The translations under genes were made by a program, and so were the position numbers. This document shows positions 12,201 through 21,314 of a stretch of 64,000 bases of DNA, one piece after another. Every line of letters starts with the position of its first letter. The stretch's first letter is position 1. The notes under the pieces were generated by a model. That model made no database searches. It was not told where the DNA came from and saw only the letters and a list, made by a program, of their open reading frames with translations. The stretch is taken from assembly GCA_000004985.1 (NCBI GenBank), contig GG738846.1. One strand, given 5' to 3'. The DNA comes from Naegleria gruberi. Its lineage: Eukaryota.

Positions 12201-12703
12201 AGACCTTTCACCAACTCAGAATAGTCTTTTTTCAATTTTTCAAACTTGTTTCTCAACTTGACAATATTCCTTGCCAATTCTTCAATAATTTCCCAAAGAG
12301 ATGTCTGATACCCGAAACGAACATTTTCCATCAATTCATTCAATTGTTGAACACAAACTTCCTGCTCCCCTAGAGATTGCAACAATATTTCTTTAATTCT
12401 CTTATCCCTCTCCACAGTAGCAATCAGTTTATTCTCAAACTCCTCATGAATATCACTAATCTTATCATCAATTATTTTCTTCTGAATGAAAAGATCGGCC
12501 ACTGATACCGAACCATCATCAGATGGAGCAACAATACTCGATGTATCATCTATTATTATACTCCTACGTTTAAAATTTGATGCAGATGATGAGGGTGATA
12601 ACGAAGCTCCTCTCATTAGAAATTCATCATCACTCTCCTGAATTCGGAAAGCATCCATCATCTGAAGTGAAGATTCCGAATATCTATTCGAACGAGCGTT
12701 CAA
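3275..12703 (-). CDS. giant (>3100 aa) coiled-coil protein with two C-terminal calponin-homology (CH)-like domains and a short LRR-like tail; the 5' end is unresolved (the track start is TTG, not ATG)
   Basis: The ORF is uninterrupted for 9.4 kb. E/K/L/Q/N-rich heptad-like sequence runs through most of its length. The C-terminal region carries CH-domain-like motifs (KALSKWLLKLAGNEYDTSISLFKNLLDGVILCKYANTLFPEIE, and GTVLCMIVEKYYGKVIKYKNNP). There is an internal near-identical ~230-bp duplication. The first in-frame ATG is at the QMMDAF motif, about 14 codons downstream of the TTG. Confidence 0.85.
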   Translation of the reverse strand: MNARSNRYSESSLQMMDAFRIQESDDEFLMRGASLSPSSSASNFKRRSIIIDDTSSIVAPSDDGSVSVADLFIQKKIIDDKISDIHEEFENKLIATVERDKRIKEILLQSLGEQEVCVQQLNELMENVRFGYQTSLWEIIEELARNIVKLRNKFEKLKKDYSELVKGLYDYFTQQMVLILQASRENHLKFEEVSWKLKEKAMELERQLIYLHERDQEITKLKELLEKKQQDFHKLDKDHSEELFSKETKINELTKELKEKHTLLIQHFSDIEKLNSELYEKSKENKRISGDLEEASINARDWQHKYTQVLQENTNLKIDLQNSTIEVSASTDMKRNVESKLSNIIEELETSKSEKSKLDRVNQNLKNTIEENERKISDLTNKNNELEEANTSLKKKINISLNSDLERLEKELRESESEKEQIQEEKEKIEAVLTNSRQQVQKYEAEIREFSKKINELEIELAKALKCNTVDKKEIEQLLEQVEDLKKQTKDLSIKLSQSDLAKIEVERLLTSSNIALGNEKKENESLKTAKNNLDEKILDLQSKLDKLKESNNCLLDDLFKKDNLINHLNQKLEQSEKQNESLSQKFIKELAEKEKQNKDISDLNASKFSINQSLSEKLTNCEEKSTSLQEQIEALKCKVDELKNTIKTKKDKIKTLKDQVENLDEQKRSLESKHNDELLKLNRSILSDKQSIESLQSKISISDALIDELKQQLKQDKNAYQNEKQQLEETFSLKLKSKDDEISKLFTLQSNLERELSSAKESIQSQDIKISDLKKLKEQADLSKQTIQDELEKQKEKTHSAEREGIQLKKELEVEKESSRKLTENLNSLKSQLQNMELKLDEKEKSIILLNQTCLTKEEDFKKLNEVLKEKSKHIDNQSKLIEDVCKKLKSLVPDDTVLQESETGYMVTEIIDLLRKKENKLLNETERLNSTLQQFKSQLESKDNQIAISKEKKRKLKSSIHEQSQQHKEEVEKLKLKLQETNHYLSTIELSNSEKSTTIKLLQDELNNLKTSDSTLSIKVQNLNVLMNQQKASLEQAEHSVQSKDTIINSLKKTIENMNSSMLELESKASKMEMEKNLLDHNIQILKSSNSHLTEDAKSNVNLFQDLQQKNRQIEKELFQAKLDLESEKENKLVMEQKLSLLIIYKKQVEQTQEELAKLQQDTADTRKKLEHTVQEREKRIKNLEDEISKFSDLTSAKDTAHIEEIRKKNNEIQQLSARIITSEHKLSDLKEEVDHEKKKLQDKLDHLVKENSDLKESENKLMSKIDDQKRETKKKLEELENDYQIQIGNYISQLKNFEHTDSQHENNNLKDQVKQLTKEIEDITLKLAEKANCENCILLKKQLDELKLAKQQEVDELMQKMKTLEKEQSQNEHDLKKQIHSLEQGKNQLEDELESSREKLKNKLKEINELETDCDKISTEQRKKIFELESAKTLLEQNLQDLTEKGKLSAKKLSEKDLELGEHKLNIEELEKTISKLQQDIKQLKQDKFEQESALMETKNDSLRLDQLSKQYEHKLKEEESKHAINSQKVAELEREISKLSTELQKAEAGNLNVVTEYKEKLNSKESEIEKLEKENNKLSKDFKNATEELQQLSEDLTKRNKRVKELEEDKETINKEKSKLEDDISSKEREMKKVQNQLQDMEVGMANMQKKHQDEIISENQKLQETELKLVEIQNNLENERRTHKNLEENLGFSKEKEQEVAENNTQLKHENEKLQNTLLTKEKLLADETEKLEKKSKELDNLHNQLAEFKSNQKLAEIEIETLNKSVQQIKKNKEELSEEISQLSNDITNLKSEKKALQENMEHKIEEHENTIQNLRKEKKGAEEKIADLLEQLEKLKEKERSLTNNLQNSTLNVTKLEEEIQQLKHELSVKNGKLNDCETNCHNLESGLKEKIEKLEKENESLKNLIEEEKIRLNNTVSETKQTQVLLQADIEKFETVNKSLEKEIKNLKEREEELQASLQKASSKEKELSELLDQAKDSFKEKLNSKESEIEKLEQESNKLSKDFKNATEELQQLSEDLTKRNKRVKELEEDKETINKEKSKLEDDISSKEREVKDLSEKNKSLSEKANQQAEKIAIMEEEKAKMDNHISQTKTQLEELNIQLQDVEDKQQQQKTAYESLARESQETQRNLESNIQQMKRENDSKQTEIDALNKTNQLLVEQAKNIENSYKEQLDLVKEEKNRQEEKSHKLDLSIKDLKQKFAEAEKLVDQTSSALEKEKSTNEKLENELSAKNEEVEQLKNRIDSDNNQLDNEIKNLKTRELKLKQDIEALQTSNQTLQNEKEEITKEYQQKILDLTKSIQNVHSQLSDVKKKYIELKELFPLDYSFFNTFVSTFQSNTENLVIEKLNEMSTSLGNIYEGKMNSHLRRVEELTKKLALLKVKPPPVKTEEPPQTPKTPKKELPPKEHDPTWKFMKLMEEAGFEFSEETYEKMRGKSIFSLLRTGKKLNAESKEDFRSQELEYAEKALSKWLLKLAGNEYDTSISLFKNLLDGVILCKYANTLFPEIEPCKKYVEGMTNNQAAIGNVSLYTNFCKNVGISTVFEHDYLLKASTEPEHSSVKERNCIVSNLALLFEFSVKCAAQPEIRTQSLKKLQSHSIFLPLESPSRPMLSARTKSFGSMSFSKAPIIPPSTPSENSDGSITDRQANIEGMMSSRTHYYQKATSSQKMLEEDEEKYFKETILQITDRPDEGHSLHKIIDDGTVLCMIVEKYYGKVIKYKNNPNKFQKNDNHQAFIQAVHKIAKNTQRFSYIHDEIEKGNTKSLYAMLKLFFEELEKNGKLKFSTGENTTTVATPLSASGNNKDELNRFKEKIAMIDKSEGYSSPSTPTSVERMYQHPSPINNFKLSDSKLRAAIVNSNPNTPQQQMNKEVEIPSTINTQDVKKNHNESVPTITKEIFFSALSRRGNNDEPPMSARLLSPTPRSSRFHFDPNNFTNKVADTVFNSANTSSPRRHRRSFISSTGPPRSPTTPKVNSPPNSTFVTPRLSAADNELLYSASDIFEDLIDDLGVITTDETFELIQYFKQAGSYIIEDDQKEDFLKAIKKTPASLNFTGCDQFIDSIEFSLIIQNLRNNKKIKCLTLSGSPQSIGVNVLIDWLKNKNNTPSLKKLVLIGWKEIDSLHKVCSERGISLVLE

Positions 12704-13118
12704 CCTCTGTAAAGTAGGACTCGTCTTGTTGATTACTTTGCTGTACTACAGCAAGAGAAAACCTTCTATTAATTTCATTGGTATCATTATTATTATTTTG
12801 AGTTGGATTGTTTTTTTCTTCTTTTAAATTTTTGGCGCCAATATTTCCATCACCACTTTCACTGTTATTATTTAGATTCATACTACTCCTATTGGACTTT
12901 GATTTACTATTATTACTTGTACTATCATCTTTGGAATGTGAAGAAGGTGTTTGTTCCGTCTTCTGATTGTTGTTTTTTAGGATTTTAGAAATGATGAAGG
13001 AAACAATGACAAGTGCACTGGCAAGTGCCATTAGAAACCAAGTGTTAGTTTGGCCAACTACTACAGACTCATCATCAAACTCTGAGATATGAAATGTTTG
13101 TTGAGCATTCTGTGACAT
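12684..13118 (-). CDS. small N-terminally TM-anchored N/S-rich protein (144 aa); may be exon 1 of the giant coiled-coil gene, via a 43-nt intron at 12707-12749
   Basis: AAAAAAAATG start. A hydrophobic anchor (WFLMALASALVIVSFII) is present. Its 3' end overlaps the giant ORF by 20 nt in another frame. GTAGTA...CTACTTTACAG could splice ...RRFSLA to RLNARSNRY... in the giant frame. Confidence 0.4.
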   Translation of the reverse strand: MSQNAQQTFHISEFDDESVVVGQTNTWFLMALASALVIVSFIISKILKNNNQKTEQTPSSHSKDDSTSNNSKSKSNRSSMNLNNNSESGDGNIGAKNLKEEKNNPTQNNNNDTNEINRRFSLAVVQQSNQQDESYFTEVERSFE

Positions 13119-13350
13119 TTTTTTTTAAACTTTTGATAGTGTGGGACAAGTGACAGAATTCGAATGAAGACGGTGTTTGCCTCTTTGCAGACATTCATCT
13201 AACATAAATGGAGTTGGCTCTTCATTGTGTTCAGTGGGATAGGTATCCAAGTTGTGAATTGTTTAATTATTAAGATAAATGTTTGAGAAATTTAATAATT
13301 TATTCTAAACAGCAATAATCTATTACTTATATGTACATTCGAATTTTCAT

Positions 13351-14505
13351 CTAGTAATCAGTTTGTGGGTTGTATCCATCTCTTCTACTCTTAGTTTGGA
13401 AAAATTGGAAAAGACCCTTAGAAATAACAACTAAAAGAGTCAAAATTGTAAGTGTACCTGTGGTAGCCCACATGGCAATAGTTGGAGTTTCCATGATATC
13501 ACATGGTGGATATTGAGCTAAAAATCTAACATTCAAAGCACTCATTGGTTCCTTTTCTAATTCCTCAGGTGATTGAGAGAAAACATAGGTCAATGTCTTG
13601 TCAATGTGATGAACATTATAATTAGTTGGTGAAGCAACAGAAATATTGGCACCTCTGAGACCTGGATATGGGAAGTGAAGAGTTGCAACAACACCACTTT
13701 CATTCAAATATGGGATAGAATAATTTGAAACAATAGGGAATGTAAGAGTGTTAATATCAACTCTAGCATCGCCTTCTTTACCACTAACAGTTGTGTTGGT
13801 GACATATTTGATAACTCCCATGACAAGAATTGAAATTTCAAATCTTTGTGGATTGGTAAAATTCTTATAATAGTTAAATTTGAGTTGTGAAAGTTTAACA
13901 GCTGGTTCAACAGTGTTATCATAGGTAATAATTTCCTCATATCCTGGATCAGAGCTCGAAATTGATTCAGTTTCATTACCGTGATGATCAATGTGCTTTG
14001 GTGTTAAATACTTGTAGCTAGGAATGTCGGTAACTGGAATCTTTGGAGTAACAAAAACTTGAACACCATCAGCGCCTAATAATAATGAATAATACATCCA
14101 ATAATAATAATATTATATAATGAATGAAATGAATAATAATAATAATAATTTAACGCATCCAAAGTTCAAATGATGAATAATTAATAACAATAACACGGAC
14201 GGAATTGTGTTAAAAAATCATATTTTCAACAAACCAACAAAAAACTACTACATACCTTGTTTTGTTGATGGTTCCAAAGGAGGCATATCTACATTAATAA
14301 ATTGATTATAAACAAAATTACAGTACGAAACACCAGGGAAAGTATAAGTTGTACATTGTGAGTTATCATTCTTTAATAATTCCAAATCAACTTGATATTC
14401 TTTATAGGAAGGAATAACTGGGAGTGGATCATCACACAAAACAACAGCCATCATTATGCTCATCAAGGCTAACACACCAAGTAGCCTCGGAAGGATTCTC
14501 GCCAT
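13351..14505 (-). CDS. secreted or type I membrane glycoprotein-like hypothetical protein. Two exons: 14505..14256 and 14075..13351 (intron 14076-14255, GTATGT...TTAG, phase 1)
   Basis: Exon 1 encodes a signal-peptide-like MARILPRLLGVLALMSIMMAVVLC. Splicing joins ...EPSTKQ-G-ADGVQVFVTPK in frame. The C-terminus has a TM segment (TLTILTLLVVI) followed by a short basic tail. There are many N-x-S/T sequons. Confidence 0.55.
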
Positions 14506-14876
14506 CTTTTGGAAATGTAAAAAATGGAGGGAAATAAAGTGAGGTATTTTTTTTAAGAAGAATTTCAATGGAGTTTATAAAGGAGTTGTTTCTCGAACTC
14601 CTGTACTCATATTTGTTATGGCTTTAAATTTCACAAAGCGAGTTTTGAATTTGCAGGAAGTTGTGAAGTGTAAAGTGCAATGTTAAAAAACCAGCAAAAC
14701 AAGAGTTTGAATACAGCCTATTTCAAGGAATTTTCCTCGAATCGACAAATTAGTCCAAATACACAAAATTTAATATCCAATTTGAAAACATATGTTTATT
14801 TGATTTTATTCGAAAAAGAAAATCAATTTCGTACCTGTAAATTAAAAATTAATTTCAAATAATTTATTTAAAAAAA

Positions 14877-16002
14877 ATGGAAGTTGATGTTTTTGGTGAT
14901 AATAAAGACGGTCAGGCTAGGAATGCGATCGTAACGAAGGAGGTTACCTATTTTAATCGTCTTTACTATTCAATGTACGTGAAGGATAATACAACAATGG
15001 ATCCAGCTATTCATAAAGAACATCTGGAAATGTTGGTAGGAAATTCTGGCATCCCTGGTTTAACCTTGGCTTCACCACCACCACAGGTACGTTGATCACT
15101 CCATTAATATTGGTTGTTGATCGCATTAATCTATTTGATCTTGTGATTTTATTTGATTTAATCAATTATTATTTAATTGATTCAAATAATTATTAATATA
15201 GAAAAAAAGAAGTATTTCAGAGGTGAACAATACACCATCATCATCTAAACAATCTGTAAATAATACATCATCAAAAAAGAAAAAAACTACCGACAAGATA
15301 TCAAAAATCAAAGTGTACACTTCAAGTTTATTTGACAAAGGACTTTTAGCCTCTGGAGATACTGTAATGTTCAAGCATGATGATAAGGAAATTAAATGTA
15401 AAGTGAATAATCATGGGGAATTGGAGGTCAATAATGCTGATAAAACTGATACGAGAATTTCAAATAATTTGAGAATTATCACACAATTTATTTGTAAAGC
15501 TTATAACTTACCCTTAATGGGAAAATCAAAATATTGGAATTTATTTTATCTAGTTAATAAGAATGGATCTAGGAATAAGCTCAAAACTTTGAGAGAGCAG
15601 TATTTGGCATTACATGAACAGGGAAATTCAAAAGTTGTAGCTGAAAAGAGTGACAAGTCAGAAGAGAAAGAAACTGCCAAGAGAAGAAGAAGAAAACAAG
15701 CTGAAGAAGCCAGCAAGAAGAATGCTCGTTTATTAATTTCTCAATTGGTTAGTAGCGGACTTTTAAAGGATGGTGCTAAAGTAATTTATAGAGGTCAGAA
15801 AACTACTTTTCATGGCAAAATTACAAAGTCCAAATTTATCTCATATTACGACCAACTAACTAAAAGAGAAGAACAATTTGAAACACCCAACTCATTTAAA
15901 TCTCATATTGGTGAACTTGGTAACTGTTGGCAACAAATGGTTCTCGTTGATGATGACCAGGAAATCTCATTCCAAACTTTAAGAGATAAATATTTTGAAT
16001 GA
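14877..16002 (+). CDS. hypothetical Lys-rich protein. Two exons: 14877..15086 and 15202..16002 (intron 15087-15201, GTACGT...ATATAG, phase 0)
   Basis: Exon 1 has an AAAAAAAATG start. The track ORF at 15223 begins at GTG (not ATG). Extending it upstream to the AG at 15200-15201 joins in frame to PPPQ|KKRSISEVNNTP. Basic KRRRRK and SKKKK tracts suggest a nuclear protein. Confidence 0.55.
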
Positions 16003-16655
16003 GGAATCAATCTTTAAAGAATCAACAAATACAAGAGATACTATTTGGCCTCGATTTTGTAATCTATTTTGATCTGCAAGTATTAATAAATTGCTAAACA
16101 ATTGACAAAAAAACAAAATTCCAGCTGTTGAAAGTCAAGTTTCTAGTGAAATTATTACAAAAAAAGCCTTAAATATCCAGATTTTTGTTTGTTACAATTA
16201 TTATGTTGAGCTAATTATTTTCTTGATTATGTTAGAAGATCTTTCAATTTAAACGATCCAATTCACTCTCTAATGTCAATGGAATTGAAATTACAGAATT
16301 TGTTATTCTTTTGATATTTTCCTCTCATTTGAGAAATTGTTTTCCATTGGTTGAGTAAATTATATGCAGATCATTTTTGGTTTATTGATAAATTTCCTTT
16401 GCCCCATTCGTTTTACAATTCTTAATATGCTAGAAGATGATGAGAATAATTAAGACGTCTTTCTCGAAAACATCAATAATCTCCCGAAGCCTTGTTATTA
16501 TTATTTTAAAAGACAAAAATAAAAAACACAAAATAGCCTAACACAACGCATCATCACAACAGCCGACAGTTTTAAAATAATTTAACGGCTATTCATCAAC
16601 ATTTTTGTATCATAAAACAACAACCTCAACATATATAATCATCAACGATGGAATC

Positions 16656-18523
16656 ATGTCTCAAGACTCATCAGGACTAAAACAATCAAACGGAAATACT
16701 AAAGATCCACTTGTTGTAAAATTGGAGGCTAACAAGCTCCGACTAGGATGCACAAGAGACGACTATAGAACATTGCAAATTATTGGGAAGGGTTCTTTTG
16801 GACATGTCTTTTTAGCATACTCAATTCATGGAAATCAACCTCATGTCGCTATAAAGAAAATAGACAAGGAATTACTACTGAATGACTATAATGTTGATCG
16901 TTTAAATAGTGAAATAACTATTCACCTGAATATGAATCACGAAAATATTGTGGAATTATATCTTTATTTTGAACAAAATAATTCTTATTATCTAGTGATG
17001 GAGTATTGTAAAGGAGGTGATATGTATAAATTCTTGAAAAAACAAAAAACCTTTAATGAAGCCCAATCAAAACATTACTTGACACAAATTGTGAATGCAC
17101 TGATATATTTACAATCGTTCGGAGTGGTTCACAGGGATCTCAAAGTATGTACACTATATCATTAGAATCAATTTAATGTTTTTAAAGCTTTCTAACATTT
17201 TACTAACTGAAGACCAGCAACAAATCAAATTATCAGACTTTGGACTCTCCACAAAGCTTGATAGTGTTGATGGAGAGCAAAGCACTATTCTAGGAACGCC
17301 AAATTATATGGCCTAGTAAGTTTTTAATCAATTTTTAACCAACACCATTCAGTGAAATTGTAAATAAGATGAATTATGGAATGAAGGTAGATAATTGGGC
17401 TCTAGGTTGTATATTATTTACATTTTTGGTTGGTGAATCTCCATTTGATGAAGGAAGTAGAACTCAAACGTTTGATAAGATTAGAAAATTGGATTACAAG
17501 ATTCCTGATTTTGTCTCTAAAAATGCAAGAGATTTGATTGAAAAACTTCTGCATCCAGATCCTACCAAACGTATTTCCCTTATCGAATGTAAATCTCACC
17601 CTTTTCTAAGAGAATCTATTCCAAAGCCTATTCAAACTAATGGATTCAATTCTAACTCAAGGGCAAAAACACAGGAAGAGATTTCATCCACAATTACCAA
17701 GACTCCATTCAATACCATTAGAATTAAACCATTCACTCACAAGAAGAACGATATTCATATAGAGATTAATGAAACAGGGAATGTATTCTTGACATTTAAT
17801 AATGGAGACAGAAGATTTATTGTTTCAGGAGATGGAAAAACGATATGGTATGAAAAGAAAGCATCAAGGCGGAAAGAGTTCTCCTTCTTTGAAATGCCAT
17901 CATCAGTAGAAAAATACTATGAATATGCCAGAAATTTAATTGACACTATTAAGAGTAAGACTCCAAAAATAATATACCTAGATACTGATTTCAAATGTAT
18001 TCAAATGGAAAATCATCCATTTCCTGATTATGAAACATCACTCTTTCCATCGGGTATCAGAATGGTGTATCAAAGAAGAAAAAGCATGGTCATTGTGAGA
18101 TTTTCTAAGGAAAGATCTGTTTCAATTCACCTCAACAAGGACCTCACATTATTCAAAGAAGAAATGGATCTCATAGATAATCACAAAATTGTAAAAGTAG
18201 AAGGATCACTAACTGTTGAAGAGAGCGAAATTCTTTTCAATAACTCTGTTCTGTGGTCCAGTTTAGGCCATGTAAAGAAAGGTATTGATCTCATAGAACA
18301 AGCAGAGAGAGAAATGGCGATCGATTCTTATCCATTCTTTATCAATGCAACCAGTAACACATCTGGTCCTCTAAGTCCAACCCTAAGTGATACCAGTACA
18401 ACAAGTAGTAACAATTCCTCTACACTGAATCGTTGTTTACTTTCATCTCTTTCCTTCTCCACCAACAACAGTGAATCCAACCCACCAGATGATAGTAGCT
18501 TTTCTAATCCACATTTCTATTAA
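16656..18523 (+). CDS. PLK4: polo-like kinase, PLK4/SAK-like Ser/Thr kinase. Three exons: 16656..17145, 17188..17315, 17353..18523
   Basis: Kinase motifs are present: GKGSFGHVF, AIKKIDK, HRDLK|LSNILL (split by the 42-nt intron 17146-17187, GTATGT...TTTAAAG), DFG, GTPNYMA (followed by the 37-nt intron 17316-17352, GTAAGT...TTCAG), and DNWALGCIL. It resembles PLK4 closely (HRDLTLSNLLL, GTPNYISPEI). The track start at 16605 is TTG, so the first ATG at 16656 is used. Confidence 0.75.
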
Positions 18524-19124
18524 ACTTTCCTCCTTAAATAACTTTTCAAAACACCTCAAATAATCTTCTCAAACTGCTTAATTGAAACATTCTTTATTCG
18601 TGAAATATTCTGCTATGGCTGTATGACATTCATATCTACTTTACTCATCTAATTAAATTCTTATAGGGTATGTTATATTTTCCTGCCAACTCAGTCGTAC
18701 TCTTCTTACTTCCATTTACGGGAGAACTAGCATAGTTACGCAGCCGCGACTCTAAGGTTTTGTTAAGAAACTATTTTAAAGATTCCAGATTTTTCCTCAA
18801 GTTAAAAACTTGCGAATTTCTCTTTCAGGATTTTAAATAATTTCAAATGCTTGATGAAGATTGGTATTTTCGAATTGAGGTTTCAAATAAATGGTGAACG
18901 TTGCAAAGACAGTGACCGTGTCATTACGGGATCAAGGTGATAGGTATTCCCTCCATTTGAAAAATACTGTCTAAATGTTAAGAAATTAAATAAGGTTAAT
19001 AATTTAAATACAATAAATCCCTCCATCTAACGTTAATTATTTCACTGGTCCATTCTTCCAAACTTCTACTATATAATGCTACTTAATATCAAGTGATTTT
19101 AATTGTTTCATTTCGCATATGAAA

Positions 19125-20036
19125 TTAGGCTTCTTCATCACCAATTCGATTGTTAGAAATATCAAGTGATGTTAATTGTTTCATTTCACTTATTGATTTG
19201 GCTTCTTCATCACCAATTCTATTTCCACCAATATTAAGTGATTTTAATTGTTTCATGTCAATTATTGATTTGGCTCCTTCATCACCAATTCGATTGTTAT
19301 AAACATTAAGTGATGTTAATTGATTCATTCCACTTATAGACTTGGCTCCTTCATCACCAATTCGATTTCCACTAATATCAAGTGATGTTAATTGATTCAT
19401 TCCACTTATGAATTTGGCTCCTTCCTCACCAATTTGATTGAAATAAATATCAAGTGATGTTAATTGTTTCACTTCAATTATTGATTTGGCTCCTTCATCA
19501 CCAATTTGATTTCCACTAATATCAAGCGATGTTAATTGATTCATTTCACTTATTGACTTGGCTCCTTCATCACCAATTTGATTGTAATAAACACTAAGTG
19601 ATGTTAATTGTTTCATTTCACTTATGAATTTGGCTCCTTCATCACCAATTCCATTTTCATCAATAGTAAGTGATTTTAATTGTTTCATTTCACTTATGAA
19701 TTTGGCTTGTTCTATAGAGTCAAGCAACCTTCTCGAAAATTTAACATTTTCAATACTATTCATAAATTGACTTGTCATGAATAATTTAATTCGTTTCTCT
19801 GTAAATTTTTTTTTGAATTCAATAACAAGTTTTGAACGTTCCTTGATCACATTAAAGAATTGTTTTGAAATCAAGGAACAATTATTCAAAATAAACCACG
19901 AATCATCAATCATGGAAATTATTTCAAAACAAACATCATCTGAAAATATTTCTTGGAGCACAAGTTTTTTCTTTTTTCTTTTCTTATTTTTGATCCGAAA
20001 TTGCTTTTTAAAATCTTGAATGCTTCGTTTGCTCAT
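19125..20036 (-). CDS. F-box-like / leucine-rich-repeat (RNI-type) protein with about 8 tandem 24-aa LRR units
   Basis: The N-terminal segment LVLQEIFSDDVCFEIISMIDDSWFIL is F-box-like. Units LTSLDISGNQIGDEGAKSISEMNQ repeat, and the DNA consists of 72-bp tandem copies. Confidence 0.75.
   Translation of the reverse strand: MSKRSIQDFKKQFRIKNKKRKKKKLVLQEIFSDDVCFEIISMIDDSWFILNNCSLISKQFFNVIKERSKLVIEFKKKFTEKRIKLFMTSQFMNSIENVKFSRRLLDSIEQAKFISEMKQLKSLTIDENGIGDEGAKFISEMKQLTSLSVYYNQIGDEGAKSISEMNQLTSLDISGNQIGDEGAKSIIEVKQLTSLDIYFNQIGEEGAKFISGMNQLTSLDISGNRIGDEGAKSISGMNQLTSLNVYNNRIGDEGAKSIIDMKQLKSLNIGGNRIGDEEAKSISEMKQLTSLDISNNRIGDEEA
19131..19700. repeat. 72-bp tandem repeat array (~8 copies, 85-95% identical) encoding the LRR units of the gene above. 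A degenerate extra unit lies beyond the stop codon (19085-19124)
   Basis: The sequence caccaattcgatt...aagtgatgttaattgtttcatttcacttat recurs directly with a 72-nt period. Confidence 0.8.
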
Positions 20037-21098
20037 TTTTTTTGTGTTAACTTGTCAATAACATCTGTCTATTAAGTTTGTTGGTCAAACTCAAATGATG
20101 ACAGATAATGAAGTGGATTTAATCAAATTGTTTTACTAAATCCAATTTATTTTTAATATCTGGCATTGAAAATCCTTTTGATATCAAGATTTAACTGGTT
20201 TATTTTGCTCTAGTTTTTCTCTTTCTTGTAATTTCTTAAGCTTTTCTAATAGATTAATGCTTGGCATTCCATTTTGAATTGTTCTATCCAAGAATTGGCG
20301 GATGCTTCTTCATATTTCTTGTCAAAGAATAAATTATAAGCAGCTCCATAAGATTGCCAAAGATTTCTCTGCATTCTAATATTTGATTAATTTCAACTGA
20401 ATTGTAAAATAAACTTACCATCTTATTTAACTTCCATAAAATCTCCAAACTCATAAACATTCACTTCAGTAATTTGTTTAGAAGACATACTCTGGTGATT
20501 TTTAGAATGCCAATTCTTGTTAAGCGACTTGTCTAGGAAGAATCTGTGTTGATAGAAATTATGAGTTATTTCCTTAATTTCTTCAGTGACAACAATTTCA
20601 TTGTTCAATTCAAAAGATATCGCTATCAAAGAAACAACAATTTTATAAAGAGATTTGGAATAGTGGTTTCAATTAATATTTGAAAGGTTGTTATGAGAAT
20701 TCTTTAAATGCGAGAACATTATTGGAAGACTTGTTAAATCATAACCCTTTTTATTATTCAAAATAATGGATTTGAAAGATTTTCAAAACCATTTTACATT
20801 TCTGGTTTCTACTAATAATTTATTTCAAAACAAGAAACCGTAGTCATAATCAAATCACAAAAATATCCACTGACATGGTGTTTGAGTGAGAGTGTTGAAA
20901 TTTCTAAAATCAAGGAAAAACGGTTAGAAGAATCTGAAGAATTAAATTCACTCAAAATTTGCATTTGTATTCATTTAAACATTTAGGGAAATTAAAGAAA
21001 CTTTCCTATAAACATATGGCTCTGATTAACCAATTCCCAAACAATTATTGGACCATATAAACAATATCATGAGATAACAAGGGAGAAAACTTTTAAAA

Positions 21099-21314
21099 TC
21101 AGTCATATCTATTGACTTGAAATACACTATTATTCGCCACTTGTTTGTCCATATAAAACCTCTTTAATTTTCCTGAATGTTTAAATGAATACACGGACAA
21201 ATTTTGTTTGAAATTAACAGATTCAACTAATTCTTCCATTCCAATAACACTATTTATCAATAAATTATATTTAAAGGAATCAATTTGATATTCTTGATGA
21301 AATAAAATGTGCAT
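21099..21314 (-). CDS. small ORF (71 aa, MHILFHQEYQIDSFKYNLLINS...). Its 5' 135 bp is one copy of a dispersed duplicate (see repeat 21188-21321)
   Basis: AAAAAAAATG start. A paralogous copy lies at 54801-54937 with the same start context. The function is unknown. Confidence 0.3.
   Translation of the reverse strand: MHILFHQEYQIDSFKYNLLINSVIGMEELVESVNFKQNLSVYSFKHSGKLKRFYMDKQVANNSVFQVNRYD

Noticed and set aside
3275-12703. Track start codon of the giant ORF (M at 12703), with similar cases at 15223 and 16605
   Set aside because: The underlying codons are TTG, GTG and TTG, not ATG. The ORF finder translates alternative starts as M. Real starts were reassigned to ATG codons or to upstream exons.
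18540-19120. Short ORFs (for example MVNVAKTVTVSLRDQ...) in the convergent intergenic region between the PLK4-like and LRR genes
   Set aside because: They are too short, with no splice-consistent extension or conserved motif. The region is more likely 3' UTRs.
19131-19700. Regular 72-bp direct repeats that superficially resemble a CRISPR array
   Set aside because: They lie inside a continuous minus-strand ORF and encode 24-aa leucine-rich repeats. There are no unique spacers, and the genome is eukaryotic.
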